This document shows, piece by piece, positions 10,840-19,624 of a stretch of 64,000 nt of DNA; the stretch's first letter is position 1; each line of letters starts with the position of its first letter. Both the position numbers and the translations under genes were made by a program. Origin of the DNA: Lacibacter sp. (GTDB lineage: Bacteria; Bacteroidota; Bacteroidia; Chitinophagales; Chitinophagaceae); the NCBI RefSeq assembly GCF_035299325.1, contig NZ_DATGWT010000041.1, positions 28,709-92,708 of the forward strand, given 5' to 3'. The notes under the pieces are model-generated. The model was not told the origin of the DNA. It was given only the letters and a program-made list of their open reading frames with translations, and did not search any database.

Positions 10840-13497
10840 CTATTTTTTTCTGCTGTTAGCCTTTTTCTTTAATGCTTCGTTTTCTTTTTCAAGCTGCTCC
10901 ACTCTTTTATTCATTTCAATCATATAAAGTGTCAGCTCTTCTACTTTCTGTAATAACGCAGCCTGGTTCTCTCCCAAATCCAGTCCATTCTTTTCCACCT
11001 CTGCAGCAGGCACTATACCCGGTAAGTGTCGGTTCTTTTGTATAAAGGCTTCCACCTCTCGAAGCGACGGTAATTTATAATCCGGTGCAAAAACATAATC
11101 AGGCCATCCTGACAGTGTGACCTTTATTTTTTGGGTAGTAATGGTTCCGTTAACGGCTAGTGCCGATTGAGGGTTACTTGTACCTATCCCTACAAAACCT
11201 CCGTTGTTATTAAAAAGAATATTTCCACTTAATTGCCAGTTACTGCTACCTCCTCCTGATATGGTAGAAGCATCACGTAAAAATACATTTCCCGATGCAT
11301 CGCTTACAAGCAGTTTCGTTTGTGTGTTATCGTTAGTTAATCCGGTAAATTTTACACGGCCGCTCACCTGTAATTTATTAACCCCATCATCGGTAGTTGT
11401 GCCTACCAGAAGATTCCCCGTATTTGTAATGCGTAAACGTTCAACTATAGTGGATCCGTTTGCAGTAAAAAACTTCAAATGAGCAGCCGCATCATTACCA
11501 ATTCGTTCGGTTAAAATTCCTGCCACCTGGTTATTTACATTGGTCAAATCATGATGTATAAACGATATTCCTGTACCAAACCCATCCACCATTTCAATAG
11601 TAGGAGCTGTTTGCCTTACAATAAGCGGATAAAAATTACCATTGGGTGTATACCCTACCCCATAATTTACACTTAGTGCTGCTATGCTTGCGCCACCGCT
11701 CGTATTTACTTTTGCAATTGTTTCTCCGGAGCCGGCTAACTGAACCAAGTTTTGAGAAAACAAATTGCTCACCGTACCCCCGCCCCCATCTGTAAACTTC
11801 AATTGGCCTGTTGCCGACATTCGAATTTGTGCAAGCTGGGCTCCGTCTTTTTGAAAATTAATATAAGCCTCAGAACCGTTTCTGTTTAAAATCAATCCCC
11901 CACCATCAAATCTTGGAACCGACGTTGTCCGGAATACGCCGTTCACTTCAAGTTTGTAGCCATTATCAACCGGGTTTGCGCTACCAATTGAAATATTTCC
12001 ATTGTTGAATAAATGCAAATAACTGGCTGTGCCTTTCCCAAATGAAAGAGTTGATGCTGTACTCAAATCCACAAAACGGTTTCCTGCTAAACTTCCATTG
12101 GTCGTATAAATATTTCCCGCACTTCCAATAGTTGAGGCATCTCTTAAAAATAAGTTTCCTGTAGCGTCGCTTACAATCACTTTTTGCTGAGCGTTGTCGT
12201 TTGTTAACCCACTAAATTTTACCCGTCCGTTTACCTGGAGTTTGTTTACACCGTCGTCAGTTGTTGTTCCCAACAATAAAGCTCCTCCTCCGGTAATTCT
12301 CGCAACCTCGCTTTTTGTATTTGTACCCGCACCTCCCGTGTTTGCAGTAAAAAATTGAATAATCCCCGAAGGGCCTGTTGTGGCTCCTGCACCAGTTGAT
12401 AAAATCAGGTTTCCGCCTCCTCTATCCGCATTCGTTGCATCACCGGCACTGATGCTTAAATTTGAAGCTCCGGCACTTGGCATGTCGCTTTTAACATATA
12501 TCTTCTTTTCGGCACCCATGTCTGCACCATCCAAATAAATATAACCTGATTGCAAACGCTTTGTTATGTTTACATGTGTGCCTGCAACGTTCATAACTCT
12601 ATCGGCAGCAGTTACGGTATATCCATCACCTCCGGAACCATTTACCCAAAATTCAATCCCATTACTACCTCCATTTTCTCCAGATGCTTTTGAAACTATT
12701 CTTGAGGCAAAAGAATTAGAGCTATGAAAAGAGAAATTAATATAATGCTCTCCTCCATTATTTATACCCGATAGAAAGTTTTGATTATTTACACTTGACT
12801 GAAAAGTAAGACCATCCTGGTGCTGTATGCGCATTTTACCATTTAGATCAAATTTATAACCCGCATCTACAGTAGTTCCTATTAATATATTCCCACCAGA
12901 ATGTATTCTTAATCTTTCCACGTTGTTTGTACCGATAACAAAGTCCGCAGCTGTCCTGTTATACAGGAAGCTATAGCCACCTTCGTGCTTTAAGTCCATT
13001 TGGGCGCTACCGTTAACGATACTTAAAACATTATTAGTTTTTATTGATCCATTAACGTCCAATTTATATCCGGCGTCTGTGGGCGTTCCATTTCCCAACC
13101 ACACATTCCCGTTATTAAACAAGTGAAGATTCACATTTGAACCTTTACCAAAAGACAAAGTCGATGTCCCCAAATCAACAAACCGGTTACCGGTTAATGT
13201 ACCATCGATGCTGTAGATATTATCCGTGAAACTGCTTGAAGAAAATCCGGGTAAGCTGCTTTTTTGTTTACTCAATTCTAACAATCCCGGCATAGCGTTA
13301 TAAGCCTTCGGCCAGAGACTATCCATGGCAGACAATTGTATTTTTTCCAAACTGCTATCCGCATCATTAAAACTACTGGTTGTAATACTTACCGCTGTAT
13401 AGTAAAATAGAGACCCAGGATTCCCGTGCTTTCTAGGTTGTGAATTAGTAACTTGATAAATGAAAAGCAGGAATAGCAATAAAGGAAGCTTACTCAT
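10840..13497 (-). CDS. tail-fibre-like repeat surface protein with C-terminal coiled coil
   Basis: It has a signal peptide (LLLFLLFIYQVTNSQ) and Gly/Asn/Thr-rich beta-helix-like sequence with two pairs of internal repeats. The C-terminal block WPDYVFAPDYKLPSLREVEAFIQKNRHLPGIVPAAEVEKNGLDLGENQAALLQKVEELTLYMIEMNKRVEQLEKENEALKKK recurs in Bacteroidota tail-fibre-domain proteins. It is the first gene of the operon. Confidence 0.65.
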   Translation of the reverse strand: MSKLPLLLFLLFIYQVTNSQPRKHGNPGSLFYYTAVSITTSSFNDADSSLEKIQLSAMDSLWPKAYNAMPGLLELSKQKSSLPGFSSSSFTDNIYSIDGTLTGNRFVDLGTSTLSFGKGSNVNLHLFNNGNVWLGNGTPTDAGYKLDVNGSIKTNNVLSIVNGSAQMDLKHEGGYSFLYNRTAADFVIGTNNVERLRIHSGGNILIGTTVDAGYKFDLNGKMRIQHQDGLTFQSSVNNQNFLSGINNGGEHYINFSFHSSNSFASRIVSKASGENGGSNGIEFWVNGSGGDGYTVTAADRVMNVAGTHVNITKRLQSGYIYLDGADMGAEKKIYVKSDMPSAGASNLSISAGDATNADRGGGNLILSTGAGATTGPSGIIQFFTANTGGAGTNTKSEVARITGGGALLLGTTTDDGVNKLQVNGRVKFSGLTNDNAQQKVIVSDATGNLFLRDASTIGSAGNIYTTNGSLAGNRFVDLSTASTLSFGKGTASYLHLFNNGNISIGSANPVDNGYKLEVNGVFRTTSVPRFDGGGLILNRNGSEAYINFQKDGAQLAQIRMSATGQLKFTDGGGGTVSNLFSQNLVQLAGSGETIAKVNTSGGASIAALSVNYGVGYTPNGNFYPLIVRQTAPTIEMVDGFGTGISFIHHDLTNVNNQVAGILTERIGNDAAAHLKFFTANGSTIVERLRITNTGNLLVGTTTDDGVNKLQVSGRVKFTGLTNDNTQTKLLVSDASGNVFLRDASTISGGGSSNWQLSGNILFNNNGGFVGIGTSNPQSALAVNGTITTQKIKVTLSGWPDYVFAPDYKLPSLREVEAFIQKNRHLPGIVPAAEVEKNGLDLGENQAALLQKVEELTLYMIEMNKRVEQLEKENEALKKKANSRKK

Positions 13498-13990
13498 ACA
13501 ATGCAGATGGTTAGGTAAAGTTGTTTTTGGAATTGCTATATTAGTACGTTAAACCTCAACCTCAAAACATTATCTTTTTTTTTATATATGTGTGTCGATT
13601 TTTTTTATAACTGTGTAGTTTAGCGTTAACTAGAATATTTTTTCTACATGGAAACACTTACTACTTCAATCATTGGTAAAATATTATTAGTTCTTTGCAC
13701 GGAATAAGTAGGTCGATATAACGGTTACGAACAAGTGTTGTTTTATATTTTCTGTTTATAATAGCTTCAGTCGCATCTGGAGCAGCAAGCCATATCATTT
13801 ACAAAGCCTGAGTCTGTTAATCTGGCTAACTCATGTTCCTCGTCATATTAAAACCAATGATCTTTCTTGTTGCACCCGCTGTTTGTTTTCTATTTACATA
13901 CCATCACGCTCTTTATCTATTTATGTCCATTCGTGGCCTATTCTTGGCTCGTCGCCCTTGTGCCCTGTTCTCCCCCTTGCCCTTTACCCT

Positions 13991-14619
13991 GTGTGTTACT
14001 ACAACAACTGCCGGGTCACCCGCTCAGAATACATCCGCCTCGTAGCCATCGAAAAAGAAATCAAAAACCTTCTTTTTCTAAATCGCCCCGTACAGAGCCG
14101 ATTCGATTATCGAGACTGGCCAGTCATTGTCTCAATCCAAAACGAAAAAAACATTGACATACAACTCATGCATTGGGAATACATAGCCGAATCAATACAC
14201 GATGCCGATGAATTAAAAGCAGCATGTAAAAATTTCACCTGGCTCAATGCCAAAGGCGAAAACATCCTGGTCAATGAAAAAGGAAGAGAATCGATGTACC
14301 GTGAAGGTGCACTGCATGGACGTGTATTGGCACTCTCCTCCGGTTTCTTCGAGTGGCGGCATACTCCCAAGATCGGCAAACGTGGGCAACCATTAAAAGA
14401 AACACAAAAGATTCCTTACTGTATAACCATTAATAACAGTGAAGAATACTTGTTATGGCAGCTGTATCCCTTATATAGCATAATCTGGAAATGGATCAGA
14501 AAGCATCCACATTCGCAATAGCAACAACAGATGCACTAGGCCCGATGGTGGAGATACACAATACAAAAAACGCCTATGTCTGCCCGGGGTCTGGCCTCTG
14601 CCGACCCCGGGATTTATAA
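13991..14619 (+). pseudogene. decayed SOS-response-associated peptidase (SRAP / YedK-like) gene
   Basis: A GTG at 13991 followed by TGT gives the (M)C N-terminus required for the SRAP catalytic Cys2. The GFFEWRH motif matches the SRAP GFYEW signature. The frame breaks near 14460-14490. The expected continuation (STFAIATTDALGPMVEIHNTKN, compare SFTIITT.AN..M..IHN) lies in another frame behind a TAG stop, and it runs into a palindromic element where the RMPVIL motif should be. Confidence 0.6.
14582..14611. repeat. REP-like palindromic element, copy 1 (gcccggggtctggcctctgccgaccccggg)
   Basis: The stem is CCGGGGTC/GACCCCGG around an 11-nt loop. A near-identical copy lies at 21107-21135. This copy sits between convergent gene ends. 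Confidence 0.7.
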
Positions 14620-14639
14620 ACACATTCTTGGTTCGCCTG

Positions 14640-15116
14640 CTATTTAATAACCTGCTGTTTAATTCCATTCGATATCATCAGCAACTGCACCGCCCTGTCC
14701 GCCGCCTTTGCTGATTGCACCGTGTGGTATAAAGGTTTTTCGTCGGCATAATACCAGTCTGCAGTTTTTTTCTTGTTGTTTTCAATAAAATATTCCTCAA
14801 TTTTTATCAACTTATTGTCTTCGTAGTAAAATGCATTTGAAGAGGTAATTTGTTTTGTTCCACCGTCAATTTTCATGGATCTGTTTACAAGATTTACGTA
14901 CTTCAATAATTTTCCCTCCTGAATAATCACCGTGGTAAAGGTGGTCATCTTAAAACCCATCTCAGGATCATTTTGCACTAATGTGTCTGCAAGTACCGGA
15001 AGGTTTGATGTGTTAATACGAAGTACAATAGAATCTATTTGCCTGCTTTTTAAAGGAGGTTGCGTATAGGCAGTACAAAAGAAAAAGAAAAAAATAATGC
15101 TAAGTGTCGTCCTCAT
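14640..15116 (-). CDS. secreted protein, unknown function
   Basis: It has a signal peptide (LSIIFFFFFCTAYTQ) and an intact 158-aa ORF. Confidence 0.5.
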   Translation of the reverse strand: MRTTLSIIFFFFFCTAYTQPPLKSRQIDSIVLRINTSNLPVLADTLVQNDPEMGFKMTTFTTVIIQEGKLLKYVNLVNRSMKIDGGTKQITSSNAFYYEDNKLIKIEEYFIENNKKKTADWYYADEKPLYHTVQSAKAADRAVQLLMISNGIKQQVIK

Positions 15117-15194
15117 GATTGTAGTGGCAGTTTAAAGTGGCTCATAAATTTCATGTCTGAGTGAACGTTTCATGCATGCTGACAAGCCTCTTCA

Positions 15195-15713
15195 TTACGC
15201 TTGCTGTAATGCTCTTTCCAATACGTTCAGGTTTTTAATATACGCTGTTGAATGTTCCCATTCCTCGGAGAGTTCAGCCCATAGCTTTTGCCTGTCTATT
15301 GCAAGTTGAATGATCGGTTTGTTTTGCTGATCAATAATCCCTTCATCAACCAGTTGGGCAAAACCTGTTGCAATAACAGAATTGTCTAGCGTATAAATAT
15401 ATTGCAGGTCATCAAAATCATCGTCCTGTATCTGGGTCTTTATCAAACTCCTGTCTGTTATCTTTGGGTTGTAGTCAGCAAACGCCATCTCTCCCACACT
15501 TTCAATCACCCATTGCAAACAATCCAGCGTTGCTGTTTGCGGGTTTTCTTTTCGCCAGTCTCTGTATTCTGCTAAAGCCATGTCTCCTTCGTCTGAACCA
15601 AAGGGAGCAAGCTCGTCAATACAACTCCAAAAAAAATCTTCAGGGATAAGTTCAGTAGCTCTTGGGTGAGCATGTTCAATATCGATCCCGTATTTTTCTT
15701 CTTGTTCTCCCAT
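15195..15713 (-). CDS. acidic cytoplasmic protein, unknown function
   Basis: The 172-aa ORF has no signal peptide and is strongly acidic (Asp/Glu-rich). I could not assign a family. Confidence 0.5.
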   Translation of the reverse strand: MGEQEEKYGIDIEHAHPRATELIPEDFFWSCIDELAPFGSDEGDMALAEYRDWRKENPQTATLDCLQWVIESVGEMAFADYNPKITDRSLIKTQIQDDDFDDLQYIYTLDNSVIATGFAQLVDEGIIDQQNKPIIQLAIDRQKLWAELSEEWEHSTAYIKNLNVLERALQQA

Positions 15714-15764
15714 AATCGTTTGTCGCTTTATTTTGTTTTAGTGAACGTATTTATAACCTTTCAA

Positions 15765-16334
15765 TCACGCAGTAGAAAGCAGCAACACGCCACCTATAAT
15801 TGATATGATAGACAAAACAATTACTAATACATCACTTACCCTGAAATACGTTCTCATTTCCTTTGAGAAAAGCAATACAACCGACAATAATGAGAATCCC
15901 AAAAACAAAATGACCCGCCACAGCATTACGCCATTCTGAAAAATATCCCGTGTAATAAACTCCTCGTAAAAAATATAAGAAAATAATAACGATACAACAA
16001 CGTAGTAAAACACATTCACGATCCAGCCAATCTTTTTGTGGGCTAAATGAAAGAGCATCCCAATTACCGGCAAACCCACCAACATTAAAAAGAAATCCCA
16101 ACTGGTTCTTCTCATGCGGCCACCATCCACATCATACAACAGGTCAAAACTTAAACATAAAATGAATAGCAACGACGATACCGTAAATGCTTTATACATC
16201 CACCCCCTTTCAGCCTTCACGTCTAAAAGTCCTTCCAGTATATATTCATCATTTTTTTCTTCCATGTCTAAGCAGTTCAGATAAAGGGAAGATAAATTAT
16301 CTCCCGGTAACTGGTAAATGTTTGAAATAGTCAA
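15765..16334 (-). CDS. integral membrane protein, unknown function
   Basis: It has four to five hydrophobic helices after a roughly 45-aa soluble N-terminus. It overlaps the upstream ORF by 4 nt (16331-16334). Confidence 0.5.
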   Translation of the reverse strand: MTISNIYQLPGDNLSSLYLNCLDMEEKNDEYILEGLLDVKAERGWMYKAFTVSSLLFILCLSFDLLYDVDGGRMRRTSWDFFLMLVGLPVIGMLFHLAHKKIGWIVNVFYYVVVSLLFSYIFYEEFITRDIFQNGVMLWRVILFLGFSLLSVVLLFSKEMRTYFRVSDVLVIVLSIISIIGGVLLLSTA

Positions 16335-16804
16335 CTCGTGTACGTTCTGGTCATGCCAATCAATGTCCGTACGCCATAAATCATAACCATCGATGCCTTT
16401 CCCGTTTCAATGAAATAGTTTAATTCATCGCCACTTTCTGATCTGACACATCCAAACGTATAAATTATCTCTTTATTAACTTTAAAGTCTCCATACTGTT
16501 TATCTATAGCCCCTTGAATATTTAAAACACTTAACAGACCGTTCTGTTTTGTTATAAGTCTTCTTGTTGTCAATATACTGAAGTTATCCTGGTCAATAAC
16601 GGTGGAACAAATATAGAGTTCGCTTTCTACTAGGTTAATTTCAAGGCCCGAATAGGGAAACTCTGAATTGGACTCATAAAACTTTGTCCACTTAAAGTTG
16701 TAAGGCTTCATTGTACTTCGCTTGATAGAAGCAATACAAATAGCATGTATTGATTTGTCGGATTTCATCATTGTAACCACTTGTAGCTTAGATTCAATTT
16801 CCAA
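16331..16804 (-). CDS. hypothetical protein
   Basis: The 157-aa ORF overlaps the downstream membrane-protein gene by 4 nt, suggesting translational coupling. Confidence 0.45.
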   Translation of the reverse strand: MEIESKLQVVTMMKSDKSIHAICIASIKRSTMKPYNFKWTKFYESNSEFPYSGLEINLVESELYICSTVIDQDNFSILTTRRLITKQNGLLSVLNIQGAIDKQYGDFKVNKEIIYTFGCVRSESGDELNYFIETGKASMVMIYGVRTLIGMTRTYTS

Positions 16805-16816
16805 AATACATGGCTC

Positions 16817-17302
16817 CTATTTTAGTTTTCTGAATTTAAAGTTTTTGAATTCAATGTAGCAGATGGTATCTGTCTTCAGGCTGTCACGGTAGTTATAGTA
16901 ATATAAAGTATCATTAGTAGCGTTATTAACAGAATAAGATCTGTCCTCAAGGTTGAAAAAATCACTGCAGGTACCATTTTCACATTTGTAATATCCTTTC
17001 CAATGATCATTCACAATTAAAAACTCACGATCATTTTTTCGTAATAAACTAAAGAAAATAAGATGATCACTTGTTTTATAGCGCTTTCTGTACACAGTTC
17101 CATTTTGTTCCACCGAAACATCCATATTGTAAACGGGTTCCTGAAATGTTCCTAAACTTTCACTGCAACTGATCTTAATTGTAGGTTCTTTAGCATTTAA
17201 AGTAGAATATTTAAATGTGCCAACAGGATAATGCGTAAAAAAATAGTAGCATAACCCAACGCCTGAAACGATTATTATCAGGATAATTATTTTTTTATTC
17301 AT
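16817..17302 (-). CDS. membrane-anchored or secreted hypothetical protein
   Basis: It has an N-terminal hydrophobic anchor (KKIIILIIIVSGVGLCYYFF) and several Cys residues in the soluble part. Confidence 0.5.
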   Translation of the reverse strand: MNKKIIILIIIVSGVGLCYYFFTHYPVGTFKYSTLNAKEPTIKISCSESLGTFQEPVYNMDVSVEQNGTVYRKRYKTSDHLIFFSLLRKNDREFLIVNDHWKGYYKCENGTCSDFFNLEDRSYSVNNATNDTLYYYNYRDSLKTDTICYIEFKNFKFRKLK

Positions 17303-17353
17303 ACCTCAAAGAGAACTGTTTCTATTCGTATGCAATACTCAATATTTTAATCG

Positions 17354-17887
17354 TTATTTTCCATTCAATAAAACTAATTTGTCAAACGCAAGTACCGAAG
17401 CCGGTATTTGCGTTTCAGGCTTATTGTCAATAAAAGGATAAAGAATCTGAACAGAAATAAACTCTTTTTCGTTCCTTATAATATAATTTACCTGCTTCAT
17501 CAATCCCCATCTGTTAGTACGCATCATATAATCGGTTCTATGAGCAGGCATGGAATGAAAAACTGTGTCAAATTCCCGGAGCACCCTGTTTGCTTGGTTG
17601 GCATCTAACATCATCTTTCTGGCCCCCGCATAATATTGACTGTCTGAAACTGTTGTTTTAGGAACATCATCTGTTATTTTTATCGTGTAAGAAGTCCCGT
17701 CTGATACATCGATGACACCGCTTATAACTTGGTCCTTAGTATCGAGCGAGGGAAGTTGTTGCCAGGGGCTGTCTACAGAAAAAGATAACAACCGGTATTC
17801 ACTTTTCCAAATACCCTTCTTGTTATTAACTTGTGCGCATGCGGCGAAGCTTAGCAGTGTATAAATAAAAAATTGAAATCTAATCAT
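17354..17887 (-). CDS. secreted hypothetical protein
   Basis: It has a signal peptide (FFIYTLLSFAACAQ) and a 177-aa ORF. Confidence 0.5.
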   Translation of the reverse strand: MIRFQFFIYTLLSFAACAQVNNKKGIWKSEYRLLSFSVDSPWQQLPSLDTKDQVISGVIDVSDGTSYTIKITDDVPKTTVSDSQYYAGARKMMLDANQANRVLREFDTVFHSMPAHRTDYMMRTNRWGLMKQVNYIIRNEKEFISVQILYPFIDNKPETQIPASVLAFDKLVLLNGK

Positions 17888-17901
17888 TTCGTGCTAACGT
17901 T

Positions 17902-18084
17902 TTAAAAATTGTTACCATCTTTCAATATACCTTTCAGATCTATCTTCTCTAAATAAGGTTTCATCCTCTCTGCATTGGTACTCACAAAAGAATAAAACGC
18001 CCTGCGCACATTATACTTTTTGTGCCATTCTATCTTCTCCTCGTATTCATCGGAGTTTTTGAAATAGATAAAACGTATTCGCAA
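17902..18084 (-). pseudogene. 5'-truncated paralogue of the 83-aa gene at 21273-21524
   Basis: The residues ...EEKIEWHKKYNVRRAFYSFVSTNAERMKPYLEKIDL align with ...VEVEWHKEYNVRRAFYSFASTNAEKMKTYLDKIDI. DNA similarity is clear over about 17935-18032 versus 21290-21388. The N-terminal half is missing and the region is overlapped by the 3' end of the 220-aa gene. Confidence 0.6.
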
Positions 18085-18692
18085 ACAGCTTTGAAATTTG
18101 TATGCCGGTCACCGGCAGGCGACCATCTGTGAGCCCAGTGATACTTACCATCCTTAACTCCTTCCAGTATCCATTCTGCACCATCCAATCCGCCATCATA
18201 AATTTCAATCGGCATATTCCAAAAATCAGCTCTCGCTATGAGTGTGGTTAATGTGTCATATTGCACATGATTAACATGAAAAGTTGTATCCCAAAAAATT
18301 TGTCCGGGTTCATATCCTCCAGCCCCATCCGCCAATTTAGAAAAAAGTTTAATGGTTTCGCCATCTCTCTGCAATCTCACGGTTAGCGGGTGTTCAAAAC
18401 TTCGTAGCAAGGTAAAGCGGTAAATCTCATTATCTCCCTTGTAGTTATAGATCACTGGTTCATGTAATCCAAATAGCATGGTAGAATACCATCCCATTAC
18501 AAATTGATCCAACCTCCTTTTGTTCTCTTTTACTTGTTCTTTAGTATATGTGGGAAATGGGAAATAGCTAGTTGCCGAATCAACCGGAACAGCTAATGAA
18601 TCTATTATCCCGGGCAGGTTGGCTTTCTCTGGTCTTGGATTGCAGGAAAATAACAAAACAAGAAGTATGATGCTGGTCAGAAGTTGTTTCAT
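18030..18692 (-). CDS. lipoprotein, unknown function
   Basis: It has a signal peptide plus lipobox (IILLVLLFSCNPRP). Its 3' end runs into the truncated paralogue scar. Confidence 0.55.
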   Translation of the reverse strand: MKQLLTSIILLVLLFSCNPRPEKANLPGIIDSLAVPVDSATSYFPFPTYTKEQVKENKRRLDQFVMGWYSTMLFGLHEPVIYNYKGDNEIYRFTLLRSFEHPLTVRLQRDGETIKLFSKLADGAGGYEPGQIFWDTTFHVNHVQYDTLTTLIARADFWNMPIEIYDGGLDGAEWILEGVKDGKYHWAHRWSPAGDRHTNFKAVCEYVLSISKTPMNTRRR

Positions 18693-18816
18693 AGCTAGTT
18701 GCCCTCTTTTATTTTCTTTTGCACAATTTCATTTCTTCCGGCCTGTTAAATTGATAAAGTGTCAAGTAGCATTAAGATACTTCATTTTTCAGCTCTGTAT
18801 ACAACCCAATACTTTG

Positions 18817-19467
18817 TTACCGGCTCTGTTTCTTGAAATTGTAAACATTCATGTTGTATATCCCATACTGTATGGTTTTAAAACTATCCAGTTGAAAGTC
18901 TTTGAATAGTTCAATAACCTCATTCTTCGTCAGGTATCTTTTATTGCAAAATATATCAACCTGGTTTGCGTAACCGGGTTCTGCTTCAACAATCGTTAAA
19001 ATACCGTCGCTGCTGAGTATTCGCTTTAGTTCCGAAATCATTTTCTTCTGTTGAACAAATTCATGTACTGTTCTTCGGCATAAAACCCTGTTATAAGAAT
19101 CCGATGGCAAAGGAATTGAATCAATTTTACCGGCTATGAATTTATACCTGCCCGCCAGGTTTGGATATTTCTTACTGTTCTTAAATTTCTTTGTTACCTG
19201 TTTTTTTGTATTAACGGTCATGCAATTGGTGCCGCCTTTTGTGCAAAGCTTATAGTTCTCCAAGTCTTCGAGTATCAAATAAAGGTTTGGATAAGCCCGT
19301 GCAATTTCTCTTGAAAACGCACCATCCTGGCAACCAATATCCACCAGCGTGTCAACGTTTGCCAGTGCATATTCTTTTATCTCCAGCTGCATGGCCTGTT
19401 CATCATCGTTTTGTGTTGCTGCTCCTGAAAGAAAGAGTATAACAAAGAATAAAAAAAAGTTTCGCAT
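18817..19467 (-). CDS. class I SAM-dependent methyltransferase
   Basis: It has a motif I-like VDIGCQDG followed by an acidic LILEDL, then a typical Rossmann MTase order (..YNRVLCRRTVHEF.., GILTIVE). The true start may be the internal Met at MQLEIKEY. Confidence 0.6.
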   Translation of the reverse strand: MRNFFLFFVILFLSGAATQNDDEQAMQLEIKEYALANVDTLVDIGCQDGAFSREIARAYPNLYLILEDLENYKLCTKGGTNCMTVNTKKQVTKKFKNSKKYPNLAGRYKFIAGKIDSIPLPSDSYNRVLCRRTVHEFVQQKKMISELKRILSSDGILTIVEAEPGYANQVDIFCNKRYLTKNEVIELFKDFQLDSFKTIQYGIYNMNVYNFKKQSR

Positions 19468-19624
19468 AAGTGTCAGGACTTAATTAGTTACGGGTGTCAA
19501 CATCTGTTACAAACTGCATTATAACTGTGTAGTTAAATGCAATAACTGATAAATAAACTATTCATCCTGTTTGCCGATGAATAGAATGAAGATATTTTAT
19601 ATTTTTAACTCAAACCACTGCTGC

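Noticed and set aside
13605-13620. An exact 16-mer, ttataactgtgtagtt, shared with 19519-19534. Both copies lie in promoter-containing intergenic regions, so it could be a common operator.
   Set aside because: A single 16-nt match between two AT-rich regions of a 64-kb window, counting both strands, is roughly what chance would give. The flanks do not match and there is no dyad symmetry.
13833-14157. Alternative plus-strand ORFs, and the ATG start at 13883, upstream of the SRAP domain.
   Set aside because: The extension encodes Pro/Leu/Cys-rich junk. SRAP proteins need Cys immediately after the initiator, which the GTG at 13991 provides.
18817-19467. An apparent signal peptide on a SAM-dependent methyltransferase, which would make it a secreted MTase.
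   Set aside because: An internal Met (MQLEIKEY...) just before motif I gives a normal cytoplasmic enzyme, so the hydrophobic N-terminus probably comes from choosing the longest ORF. The annotated span is kept, but the secretion idea is not supported.
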